A stretch of 64,000 nt of DNA from a virus (lineage: Duplodnaviria > Caudoviricetes), in IMG/VR virus record IMGVR_UViG_3300033463_000012; one strand, given 5' to 3'. The number at the start of each line of letters is the position of its first letter. Position 1 is the stretch's first letter. Positions 48,511 through 56,239 of this stretch are shown piece after piece. The notes below the pieces were generated by a model. The model was not told where the DNA came from. It made no database searches and saw nothing but the letters and a program-made list of their open reading frames with translations. The translations under genes were made by a program, and so were the position numbers.

Positions 48511-48578
48511 TAGAGCCAGGCCAGAGAAGAGTTCGAAAGCCTAGCAAGAACCACCAAGAACCTAGCCAGGAGGCACCT

Positions 48579-49430
48579 ATGAACAACACCGAAATCAAGA
48601 TCAGCACCTCTGAAGTTCCCGCCATCATCGGCGTCGACACCCACAAGACCGCCGTCAACGTCTGGGAAGAAAAGACCGGGAAGGTCACTCCCACCGAAAC
48701 CACGGAAGCCATGGAAATCGGCTCCGCCCTCAAGGAAGTCGCCAAGCGGGTCTGGGAAGTCAAGACCGGCAAGATCGTCAAGCCCGGTGTCCAGGTTTCT
48801 TCCGGTCACTCCTGCGGGACGGTCGACGGCATGGTCGACGGCACCCCGGTCATGATTCAGACGACTCCCTTCGCCTGGGACGAAATCCCGGAAGCGGTGA
48901 AGGTCAAGGCCCAGCACTACATGGCCATGGGTGGCTGGTCCTCCATCAAGGTGATCTGCATGGTCTCCGGTTGCGGCAAGGCTATCGAAGAACACGAAAT
49001 CGAAGCCGACGCCTCCGGCAAGGCCATCCTGGAAGCGGTCGAACACTTCGTCGAGAACGTCGAGAAGGAAGTCGCTCCCGCTCCTCAGACCATCGAAGAC
49101 TGCCGCCGAATCTGGTCCAAGTCCGAAGGCGACACGGTCGAAGCCACGGAAGAAATCGCGGCGAAGATCGAGGCCCTCAAGGCCGCCACCGCCAAGGCCA
49201 AGGAAGCCGAGGCCGAAGCGGACGCCCTGAAGAAGTCCATCATGGAAGTCATGGGCTCCGCCGAAACCCTCACGGTGAATGGCAAGAAGGCGATCACCTG
49301 GAAGTCCAACAAGGACTCGGTCAAGACCGACTACAAGGCCCTGGTCGAAGCCCTCGCCCCCTCGGCCGAAGTCCTGGCCGAACACACCTCCACGGTTCCC
49401 GGTGCCCGGGTTTTCCGCATCGCCAAGTAA
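48579..49430 (+). CDS. YqaJ/lambda-exonuclease-like protein with degenerate active site
   Basis: SEVPAIIG, VWEEKTG, DG, QHYM, C-terminal WK...R.F; E-x-K replaced by MIQ. Confidence 0.75.
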   Translation: MNNTEIKISTSEVPAIIGVDTHKTAVNVWEEKTGKVTPTETTEAMEIGSALKEVAKRVWEVKTGKIVKPGVQVSSGHSCGTVDGMVDGTPVMIQTTPFAWDEIPEAVKVKAQHYMAMGGWSSIKVICMVSGCGKAIEEHEIEADASGKAILEAVEHFVENVEKEVAPAPQTIEDCRRIWSKSEGDTVEATEEIAAKIEALKAATAKAKEAEAEADALKKSIMEVMGSAETLTVNGKKAITWKSNKDSVKTDYKALVEALAPSAEVLAEHTSTVPGARVFRIAK

Positions 49431-49448
49431 GTCGGTTCGGGAAAAGGG

Positions 49449-49474
49449 AAAGGGGCTCGACGAGAGCCCCTTTC
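49449..49474 (+). terminator. Intrinsic terminator
   Basis: AAAGGGGCTC/GAGCCCCTTT stem. Confidence 0.8.
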
Positions 49475-49492
49475 TCATATTGTCTAAACATT

Positions 49493-49590
49493 CTCCCTGG
49501 CTGCATAGGATGAGTTTTGAGACATTTTCTGCAAGGGTAGCTATAACTTACTAGCTATCAAATAAATGTCTCAGAATGATTCCCTGGAGA
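49493..49590. repeat. Dispersed palindromic element, copy C
   Basis: TGAGACATTT/AAATGTCTCA arms around TAGCTA-TAACTTAC-TAGCTA. Confidence 0.8.
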
Positions 49591-49640
49591 TGTGGGACAG
49601 TTTGGAAGATTTCGAAGAAAATGCACTTTCTGCAAAAAAG

Positions 49641-49674
49641 TTGATACGCTCGGACCAAAAAGTTATTATATTAT
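49641..49674 (+). promoter_or_regulatory. Early sigma70-like promoter
   Basis: TTGATA-17-TATTATATT. Confidence 0.7.
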
Positions 49675-49706
49675 AAGCAAAGCCCAAAAGAACCACGGAG
49701 GCGCAC

Positions 49707-50999
49707 ATGAACACAAAGGAACTTTTCGAAGCCATCAAGAACACCCCCGGTCACGTGGAAAAGTCCAAGCTCGTCCACGCGAACATGACTGACGGACTCA
49801 AGGGCATCCTCGCCTACACCTACACTCGGGACCGCTACCACGTTCGCTCCACCAACGTGACCATCCCCGCTCCCGGCACGGACGACCTCATCTCCGTTTT
49901 CAACACCTACCCCAAGGCCACTCTGGACGACCTGAAGGCGGGGAAGATTTCCGGCAACGCGGGCATCGCGGCGGTCGAAAAGGTCCTCTCCACACTGGAC
50001 GCCTACAGCCAGCAGGTCTATCTCGCGGTCCTCGATCATAACCTCAAACTCGGGGTTTCTTCCTCGGTCATCAAGGATCTCGGCCTCAACGACAAGTTCG
50101 AAGTCGCGCTCGCCGCCAAGCTGCAGGACCAGAAGGGTTTGGACGTGTTCGACGGCAACTGGTTCGTCTCCCGCAAGCTGGACGGTTGCAGGTGCGTGGC
50201 GGAAGTCAACTGCGAAACTCGGGAAGTGAAGTTCCTTTCTCGCCAGAACAAGGAATTCACCACCCTCTCCAACCTGGTCGAGCCCATCCTCGCCAAGTTC
50301 CCCGAAACCGAAGGTATCTTCTATCTCGACGGGGAAATCTGCCTGGTGGACGACGAAGGAAACGAGGACTTCAAGGGGGTGATCTCCGAAGTCAGGAAGA
50401 AGAATCACACCATGGAACATCCCGCCTACAACGTCTTCGACCTGCTCACCTACGACGAGTTCTGGGGCACGGTGAAGTCTCCCATCTTTTCCCTCCGCCA
50501 CAAGGCCATCATCGATCGCGAGTTCGATGGGGTCTTTGTCCGCCCCCTCAAGCAGGAACGGGTCACCTCGGAAGAACAGTTCCTCAGGTGGAAGGAAGAA
50601 GTCAAGAAGGGTGGCTGGGAAGGCCTGATGCTCCGCAAGGACGCTCCCTATCTCTCGGGTCGCACGAAGGAACTCCTCAAGGTCAAGGACATGCAGGACG
50701 CCGAATACGTGGTCGAAGACGTGGTCCGCGGAGACATCTCCTACGCTGAACCGGGTCGCGGCCAGGTCACCTTCACGGACGTCATCAAGGCGCTCGTCAT
50801 CTCCCACAAGGGGGACAAGGTTCAGGTTGGCTCCGGTCTTTCCAAGGAACAGCGGCTGGAATGGGCGAAGAATCCTGCGGCCATCATCGGCAAGACGATC
50901 ACGGTCCAATACTTCGAAGAAACTCAGGCGAAGGACGGGACCTACTCGCTCCGCTTCCCCATCCTCAAGATTGTCTACGAGAACGGGCGCAACTGCTAG
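49707..50999 (+). CDS. gp30: ATP-dependent DNA ligase
   Basis: KLDGCR, LDGEI, VFD, EGLMLR, LLKVK, VGSG, SLRFP. Confidence 0.95.
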   Translation: MNTKELFEAIKNTPGHVEKSKLVHANMTDGLKGILAYTYTRDRYHVRSTNVTIPAPGTDDLISVFNTYPKATLDDLKAGKISGNAGIAAVEKVLSTLDAYSQQVYLAVLDHNLKLGVSSSVIKDLGLNDKFEVALAAKLQDQKGLDVFDGNWFVSRKLDGCRCVAEVNCETREVKFLSRQNKEFTTLSNLVEPILAKFPETEGIFYLDGEICLVDDEGNEDFKGVISEVRKKNHTMEHPAYNVFDLLTYDEFWGTVKSPIFSLRHKAIIDREFDGVFVRPLKQERVTSEEQFLRWKEEVKKGGWEGLMLRKDAPYLSGRTKELLKVKDMQDAEYVVEDVVRGDISYAEPGRGQVTFTDVIKALVISHKGDKVQVGSGLSKEQRLEWAKNPAAIIGKTITVQYFEETQAKDGTYSLRFPILKIVYENGRNC

Positions 51000-51006
51000 C
51001 AGAACA

Positions 51007-51087
51007 TAGAGCACCGGGTTGGCCTGAATATCATAACCCAAACAAGCGCATTCTCTTCCCCGATACTTGGGTCAGCTCGGTGCTCTA
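51007..51087 (+). other. Long G.U-rich hairpin downstream of the ligase gene
   Basis: About 25-bp stem 51007-51032/51062-51087. Confidence 0.6.
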
Positions 51088-51122
51088 AATTCAATACAAG
51101 ACGTTTCTCGCAGGGAGTTGAT

Positions 51123-51533
51123 ATGTTTAATAATTATTACATAAAATGTGAATGCACATGGACGGATGAAGAATTACAAGAAGATCCTATGGGGGGAGAT
51201 GAAGGTCCAAATCAATTCGAAGATGGTGAAACATATTCATTGAGCGATGTCGATGATATGATAAATTCTTTTGTTGAGGATTTTGAAGAACAATGTTGGT
51301 GGGGTGACCGAGATTTTGATGATAGATATATAAGAAAAGATCGAATTTCCATAGAAATTGATAATGATTTGGATAAATTCGCAATAAACTACATAGACGA
51401 AAATGAGGTAGAAAAGACATTAGCGACATTTAACATTAGTGTTCATTTGTATGACAATAATGATACAGACATACGTCCATCGGATTTGAAAGAATTATAT
51501 GGACACATCAAGGGTCAATTAAACAGTCTTTGA
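51123..51533 (+). CDS. Acidic AT-rich hypothetical late protein
   Basis: GGGAG SD, CTAAAT at 51085. Confidence 0.7.
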   Translation: MFNNYYIKCECTWTDEELQEDPMGGDEGPNQFEDGETYSLSDVDDMINSFVEDFEEQCWWGDRDFDDRYIRKDRISIEIDNDLDKFAINYIDENEVEKTLATFNISVHLYDNNDTDIRPSDLKELYGHIKGQLNSL

Positions 51534-51554
51534 TCAAGAGTCAATAGATTTCAA

Positions 51555-51590
51555 AAAGTCTAGCTCTCGATCAGGGGGCTAGATTTTTTT
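51555..51590 (+). terminator. Intrinsic terminator
   Basis: TCTAGCTCTC/GGGGCTAGA stem plus T tract. Confidence 0.7.
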
Positions 51591-51686
51591 GCAGATTTCT
51601 TTTCCATTCCACCTTGACAATTATTATATTATACACACGAACCACAGAGTTCTGAAGAAGTTTGAAAGTCAGGTCGGCAGGTTTAA

Positions 51687-51759
51687 TGCTCCATATCTCA
51701 GTAGGCAGAGAGTCCGACTGTTAATCGGAATGTCCCAGGTTCGAACCCTGGTGGAGCAG
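51687..51759 (+). tRNA. tRNA-Asn(GUU)
   Basis: Cloverleaf, TCCGA-CTGTTAA-TCGGA. Confidence 0.93.
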
Positions 51760-51765
51760 TGTTTT

Positions 51766-51856
51766 AGGAGTCGCTCCACCTCGCGGTCTTATAAGCCGTT
51801 GCGCATAATAAATCAGGTGGCGGTGCGCATGTTGGGTTCAATTCCCTCGACTCCTA
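51766..51856 (+). ncRNA. D-armless tRNA-like RNA with UAU anticodon
   Basis: AGGAGTCG/CGACTCCT acceptor, GCGGT-CTTATAA-GCCGT arm, long variable arm, GGGTTCAATTCCC T-arm. Confidence 0.75.
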
Positions 51857-51858
51857 TC

Positions 51859-51930
51859 GCACGTGTCGTATAGTGGCTATTACCCCGCCCCTCCAAGGCG
51901 GAGACACCGGTTCAATTCCGGTCACGTGCT
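51859..51930 (+). tRNA. tRNA-Gly(UCC) with C33
   Basis: Cloverleaf, CCGCC-CCTCCAA-GGCGG. Confidence 0.88.
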
Positions 51931-51932
51931 TT

Positions 51933-52497
51933 GAAGCAGCTCCACTGAAACTCGGTAGCAAGTGGAGACCCGTTGGAATCGAGTTGTCGTGAACGGGTGG
52001 GTCGTTTTCCGTGACCCAGAATTAGTTGTTGTAAAGGACACCAAAGTCCTATGATTGACGTTCCAAAGCGGATATCTCATAGGGCAACGGAATAAAGTTT
52101 ATGGGCGACCACCGAAAACGTCGATACCATGCCGGAAACACCACATGTTCAGAGCGTGTTGCAACAGCATGGTCCCTTGGCACTTCGTCAAGTAGCACGA
52201 TAGGTGCGAGCCCTTTGATTTTCGTTTCCGTTGAATCTATCTTTTCGGAAACGACCACCGGAAGGCGTTGGGATAGAACAGCGCTTGACAGATCATATTC
52301 GTGGTCCTCCGGTGGAAACCTTTTCACTTCAGACCATCGCTTCGATTTGATTTGAAGTGAACCCATCGGGAGAGGTCCCAGAATCGAAGCAACTGCTCTA
52401 ATTGTTGAGCAAGAATGATAAACCCTCGTCATAGCTTGATAGTGACCTATTTGGCCAATAGCAACCTTTCAAGTGATTGATGAACCGATGGGAACAC
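51933..52497 (+). ncRNA. Large structured ncRNA (ROOL/GOLLD-class candidate)
   Basis: About 565 nt between tRNAs, many helices, two pseudoknots, no credible ORF. Confidence 0.7.
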
Positions 52498-52501
52498 TTT
52501 T

Positions 52502-52592
52502 GGGAGATTGGCCGAGTTGGTCGATGGCGGCGGTCTCGAAAACCGCAGGTGGACCTCAAGTTCATCCGCAGGTTCGAATCCTGCATCTCCCG
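52502..52592 (+). tRNA. tRNA-Ser(CGA)
   Basis: Class II cloverleaf, GCGGT-CTCGAAA-ACCGC, G73. Confidence 0.93.
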
Positions 52593-52602
52593 TTTTGACT
52601 TT

Positions 52603-52706
52603 CTGGAGCGTGGCCGAGTGGATTATGGCGGCTAGTGGGGTGGCAACTCACGGCTTGACGCTCTCGCCGGGCGCCTCGTGGGTTCGAATCCCACCGTTCC
52701 AGACCA
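52603..52706 (+). ncRNA. tRNA-like RNA with 8/5 acceptor-T stack, encoded CCA and no canonical anticodon loop
   Basis: CTGGAGCG/CGTTCCAG+ACCA, normal D and T arms, extended arm capped by GGCA. Confidence 0.75.
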
Positions 52707-52790
52707 GGGTGAACGCTAACGATGGCGAGTTAGGAGAGACTGTAAATCCCTTGCCTTTCGGCTCAGGAGGTTCGAATCCTTCTTCACCCA
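52707..52790 (+). tRNA. tRNA-Tyr(GUA)
   Basis: GGGTGAA/TTCACCC acceptor, CTGTAAA loop, variable arm. Confidence 0.88.
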
Positions 52791-52902
52791 CTTCGAAGGG
52801 ACAGATTCCGAGGTTTAGCCATTGTCCCCGGAATTTGAAGGATGTTTCTTCCCCGTTTCCTTCCTTCTCACCTTCGAGCACTTTCACAAAAACGGAGAAC
52901 AC

Positions 52903-53262
52903 ATGGACACAGAAAAACTCAAAGCCGACCTGGAACAAAACTTCATTGACCTCTGCAATTCCCGCGGGGTCAAATGGGAAAGGACAGAAGACAAGATCAA
53001 AGTCAATGACGTCCTTTTCCGATTCGAAGTCACGCCGATTTGGAACCAATATCATCACGAATATGACCAGTTCCGATATGTCGCCTACGTACAGATTGGT
53101 GAACAGATTTATTCCTATCTCGGACAAATCATGGATATTGACTGGAAGGGAGATATGATCCCTGTTCCTCGTCAGCATGATTTCGTTCATCGTTTCGTGG
53201 CCGATATTGAATCCAAGTCAGTTTTCGGTGAACGGAACGAAACCCTCGTCAAACTTTCCTAA
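52903..53262 (+). CDS. Hypothetical protein
   Basis: ATG at 52903 with GGAG SD. Confidence 0.7.
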   Translation: MDTEKLKADLEQNFIDLCNSRGVKWERTEDKIKVNDVLFRFEVTPIWNQYHHEYDQFRYVAYVQIGEQIYSYLGQIMDIDWKGDMIPVPRQHDFVHRFVADIESKSVFGERNETLVKLS

Positions 53263-53273
53263 AGGAGAAAGAA

Positions 53274-53573
53274 ATGAAGAAAACCTTGAAGTCAGGGATA
53301 GTCAACTACGACAACGTCCCCATCTACAAGACCTCGGCCAACAAAAAGCATTGGAAGATTGTCCAGGCGTCCAAGTCCGAGTTCCACCTTCTTGAACGCT
53401 CCCGTGGTGGAAGCTATCATCTCATCAAGACATATTCCCGGTATCGTGACGCCCGCAAGTGGCTGAAGGACAACAACCCCGACCTGATCGTCTCCTATGT
53501 TCCTGGGGTGAATTTCTATTGTTCCTCTCAGCTCGAACCTGCCGAAACTCACATGACCTTTGGAGCCAAGTGA
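53274..53573 (+). CDS. Hypothetical protein
   Basis: AAGGAG SD. Confidence 0.75.
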   Translation: MKKTLKSGIVNYDNVPIYKTSANKKHWKIVQASKSEFHLLERSRGGSYHLIKTYSRYRDARKWLKDNNPDLIVSYVPGVNFYCSSQLEPAETHMTFGAK

Positions 53574-53908
53574 TGAATCCCGATATCATCAAAGACATGC
53601 CGAACAATGTGGACTGGAATGTCTGGAAGCCATTGCTGGACGAAGCCCTGGAACAAATCAATTGGAATGACGCCGGAACAGCAGGTGATTCCCTTGGATA
53701 TTCCTACTATCAGATCAAGGGTGACGCTACCGATCTTCAGCTCTACACCCTCATAAAGGAATCCGTGGAAGAAATGATCAAAGATGTTTGTTCCACAGAT
53801 GAAACCAATGAGTGCGTGAATGACATCGGCTATTGGAAGTTGAAGGTCACAAAGTTGCCTCAGCCGAAGATTTCCGTGAAGTTCGTCATCACCGGAACAG
53901 AGGATTAG
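53573..53908 (+). CDS. Hypothetical protein
   Basis: TGATG coupling to previous gene. Confidence 0.7.
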   Translation: MNPDIIKDMPNNVDWNVWKPLLDEALEQINWNDAGTAGDSLGYSYYQIKGDATDLQLYTLIKESVEEMIKDVCSTDETNECVNDIGYWKLKVTKLPQPKISVKFVITGTED

Positions 53909-53941
53909 GACGGGGTACCTTATTCCTTTCCCACCCCGTCC

Positions 53942-53987
53942 AAGCCCATGCATAGAAGAAATACCAACGGCACTATGCATGGGCTTT
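53942..53987 (+). terminator. Hairpin, probable terminator
   Basis: AAGCCCATGCATAG/CTATGCATGGGCTT plus T tract. Confidence 0.6.
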
Positions 53988-54012
53988 ACTATATTTTCAT
54001 AAGAGGTACAAG

Positions 54013-54525
54013 ATGAAAAAGAAAAACGAAAACTTCGATTGGCTCCCCAAGGAAAAGAACCAGACGCATAATCTGCTGATTTGCCCTAATGGAAAGTTCC
54101 TCATGTCGAAGATGGGGACGCTTGGAAGTGAACGAGATTTCTTTTTCGTCGGCCTGTTCAATTCCAAGGAAGAGGCAATCAAGTATTCCGGTGTCAAGGA
54201 TCCTCATTTCTTCAAGACCAAGCCCGAAAAACTTCCTTGGTCAAAATTGGATTTTGTGATCTATGATTTCGGGTGGACAAATTTCTGGGTTGTCATTGCA
54301 GAGGAAACCTTAAGCAAATTGACAAAGAAAAATGGAACCATAATCGATTCCGGGAGATTGCAGGGATTGCCAAAGTTCGTCGCGGCCAGGTGCAAGACAA
54401 TGGATTCTGCCTCGGCTTCCTTGGATGAATTCTGCAAATACACGGGATTCAAGAAGGGGAAGGTCGTGGTCTGGCATTTCAACCCTAGATTCGACGATAA
54501 TGGCAAGGAAATACCGCAGGGCTGA
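54013..54525 (+). CDS. Hypothetical protein
   Basis: 170 aa, GAGG SD. Confidence 0.7.
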   Translation: MKKKNENFDWLPKEKNQTHNLLICPNGKFLMSKMGTLGSERDFFFVGLFNSKEEAIKYSGVKDPHFFKTKPEKLPWSKLDFVIYDFGWTNFWVVIAEETLSKLTKKNGTIIDSGRLQGLPKFVAARCKTMDSASASLDEFCKYTGFKKGKVVVWHFNPRFDDNGKEIPQG

Positions 54526-54613
54526 CAGGGAGGGCCCTAGGAGCCACTTTCTGACTTTGTAAGTATAACTTACTAGCTTACCCTGAAAATGGCCCCTTGG
54601 CTCTCCTATGAGC
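54526..54613. repeat. Dispersed palindromic element, copy D
   Basis: TATAACTTACTAGCT core at 54564-54578 followed by GAAAATGGC. Confidence 0.7.
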
Positions 54614-54634
54614 TGAGGGGCTAAATACATTGAT

Positions 54635-56206
54635 ATGGCTTTTGTACCTAATTTCAGTGATACGTTACGATGGGAAGGGGAGCAGATTGAATACACCCCC
54701 GAAATGCTCATCGAATGGAAGAAGTGTCACGATGACATCATTTATTTCGCCGAAAAGTATGTCTATGTGAACAACCTGGACACTGGCTACAATCTCGTCA
54801 AACTCCGTGACTATCAGAAGGAATTGCTGCTTGCCTACATGGATGATTCAGACCCGGACAAGAGAAACACCGTGGTCCTTTCCTCACGACAGTCAGGCAA
54901 GACGGAAACTTCATCGATCTTCATGCTGCACTACATCTTGTTCAATGAATACAAGAAGGTTGCAGTCCTCGCGAACCAGGCGAACCTTGCATTCGAAATC
55001 GTGTCCAACATCAAGATGAAGTATGAGCACTTGCCGAAATTCCTTCAACAGGGAATCAAGCGAGTTGGTGGATGGGCCGCGGGAAGAATCAAGTTGGAGA
55101 ATGGGTGCGAAATGAGAGCGGGCGCCACGACACCACACTCGATTCGTGGCTTTTCGGTCAATGTCCTGTTCTTGGACGAATTCGGAATCATTGACTCGAA
55201 GATGGCGAAGGAATTCATCAAGGCAGTCTTCCCCACCGTATCTTCCGGCAAGACGTCAAAAATCATCATCTCCTCCACCCCGAAAGGAATGAATCACCTG
55301 TATGACATTTGGGAAAAGGCGACCCGTGGTGTAGGTACATTCAAGCCGATCAAGGTCGACTGGACAAGAGTGCCAGGAAGGGACGAGAACTTCAAGAAGA
55401 AGCAGATCGAGGACATAGGCATTTTGGCCTGGAGGCAGGAATATGAATGCGCCTTCCTCGGTTCGTCCAAGTTGCTACTTGAAGGCGACTCCCTGATGTC
55501 CTACGGGATTCCGAAAGAGCCGATCAGATATGAATACAATGAACGTTTGAGGATCTACGAGGACTACAAGCAAGGTTGTTCCTATGTGATCGGTGTTGAC
55601 CCTGCAGTAGGAAACGGTGGAGACGACTCTTGTATACAGATATTGAGGATAGACGGCAAGGACAAGTTGGAACAAGTCGCGGTGTTCAATGACAGTCAGA
55701 CTCAATACGAGACGTTCTGTCAAATAGTGGTGGAACTTGCAGCTCGATACAACAATCCACCGATGATGGTGGAAAACAATGGCGTAGGTTCCGCAGTGGC
55801 CAACAAATTGTTCTATGATCTCGAATACCCCGAAATGGTTCACCTGGCCAAAAAGGGAATTGGTTGTCCTTCCTCCAAGCAGACCAAGTTGGAAATGTGC
55901 CTGTTCTTCAAGCAGTATTTCGAACAAGGCAAAATCAAGTTGAATGACTCCCAGACAATAAGGCAGCTGACCACGTTCGAAGAAGTGCAGCCGAACATAT
56001 TCAAGGCGGCGGGAACGGCTCACGATGACTTGGTCATGGCTTTGCTCTGGGCACTCTATTATTTGAAGACACCGTTCTTTGAAGAGGAAGCGGTATTGCC
56101 ACCTGAAATGCAAATCCCTGAACAAGAACCGATCAATGCCTTCATCTCGTCTCAAGGCAATGGATCCTTCTTGGACGAGGAATACATAGGTGGCGGTTGG
56201 GTCTAA
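54635..56206 (+). CDS. gp17: Terminase large subunit
   Basis: LRDYQ, SRQSGKT, FLDEF, STPKG, QEYEC, GVD, HDDLVMA. Confidence 0.96.
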   Translation: MAFVPNFSDTLRWEGEQIEYTPEMLIEWKKCHDDIIYFAEKYVYVNNLDTGYNLVKLRDYQKELLLAYMDDSDPDKRNTVVLSSRQSGKTETSSIFMLHYILFNEYKKVAVLANQANLAFEIVSNIKMKYEHLPKFLQQGIKRVGGWAAGRIKLENGCEMRAGATTPHSIRGFSVNVLFLDEFGIIDSKMAKEFIKAVFPTVSSGKTSKIIISSTPKGMNHLYDIWEKATRGVGTFKPIKVDWTRVPGRDENFKKKQIEDIGILAWRQEYECAFLGSSKLLLEGDSLMSYGIPKEPIRYEYNERLRIYEDYKQGCSYVIGVDPAVGNGGDDSCIQILRIDGKDKLEQVAVFNDSQTQYETFCQIVVELAARYNNPPMMVENNGVGSAVANKLFYDLEYPEMVHLAKKGIGCPSSKQTKLEMCLFFKQYFEQGKIKLNDSQTIRQLTTFEEVQPNIFKAAGTAHDDLVMALLWALYYLKTPFFEEEAVLPPEMQIPEQEPINAFISSQGNGSFLDEEYIGGGWV

Positions 56207-56239
56207 ATTGAACAGCAGAAACTTTCAGAAGGTGAGAAC

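Noticed and set aside
48510-51041. Long antisense ORFs 48510-49478 and 49671-51041
   Set aside because: Shadows of strongly codon-biased sense genes (YqaJ-like, ligase); no RBS or motifs
52049-52432. ORFs on both strands inside the large ncRNA
   Set aside because: No convincing SD or protein-like composition; region better explained by RNA helices
51933-52497. tmRNA, RNase P RNA or group I intron identity for the large RNA
   Set aside because: No tRNA-like ends, no GAGGAAAGTCC motif, and no P7 R/S elements or flanking exons recognised
52508-53190. ORFs 52508-53158 (+) and 52648-53190 (-)
   Set aside because: They run through tRNA genes; the real gene starts at 52903
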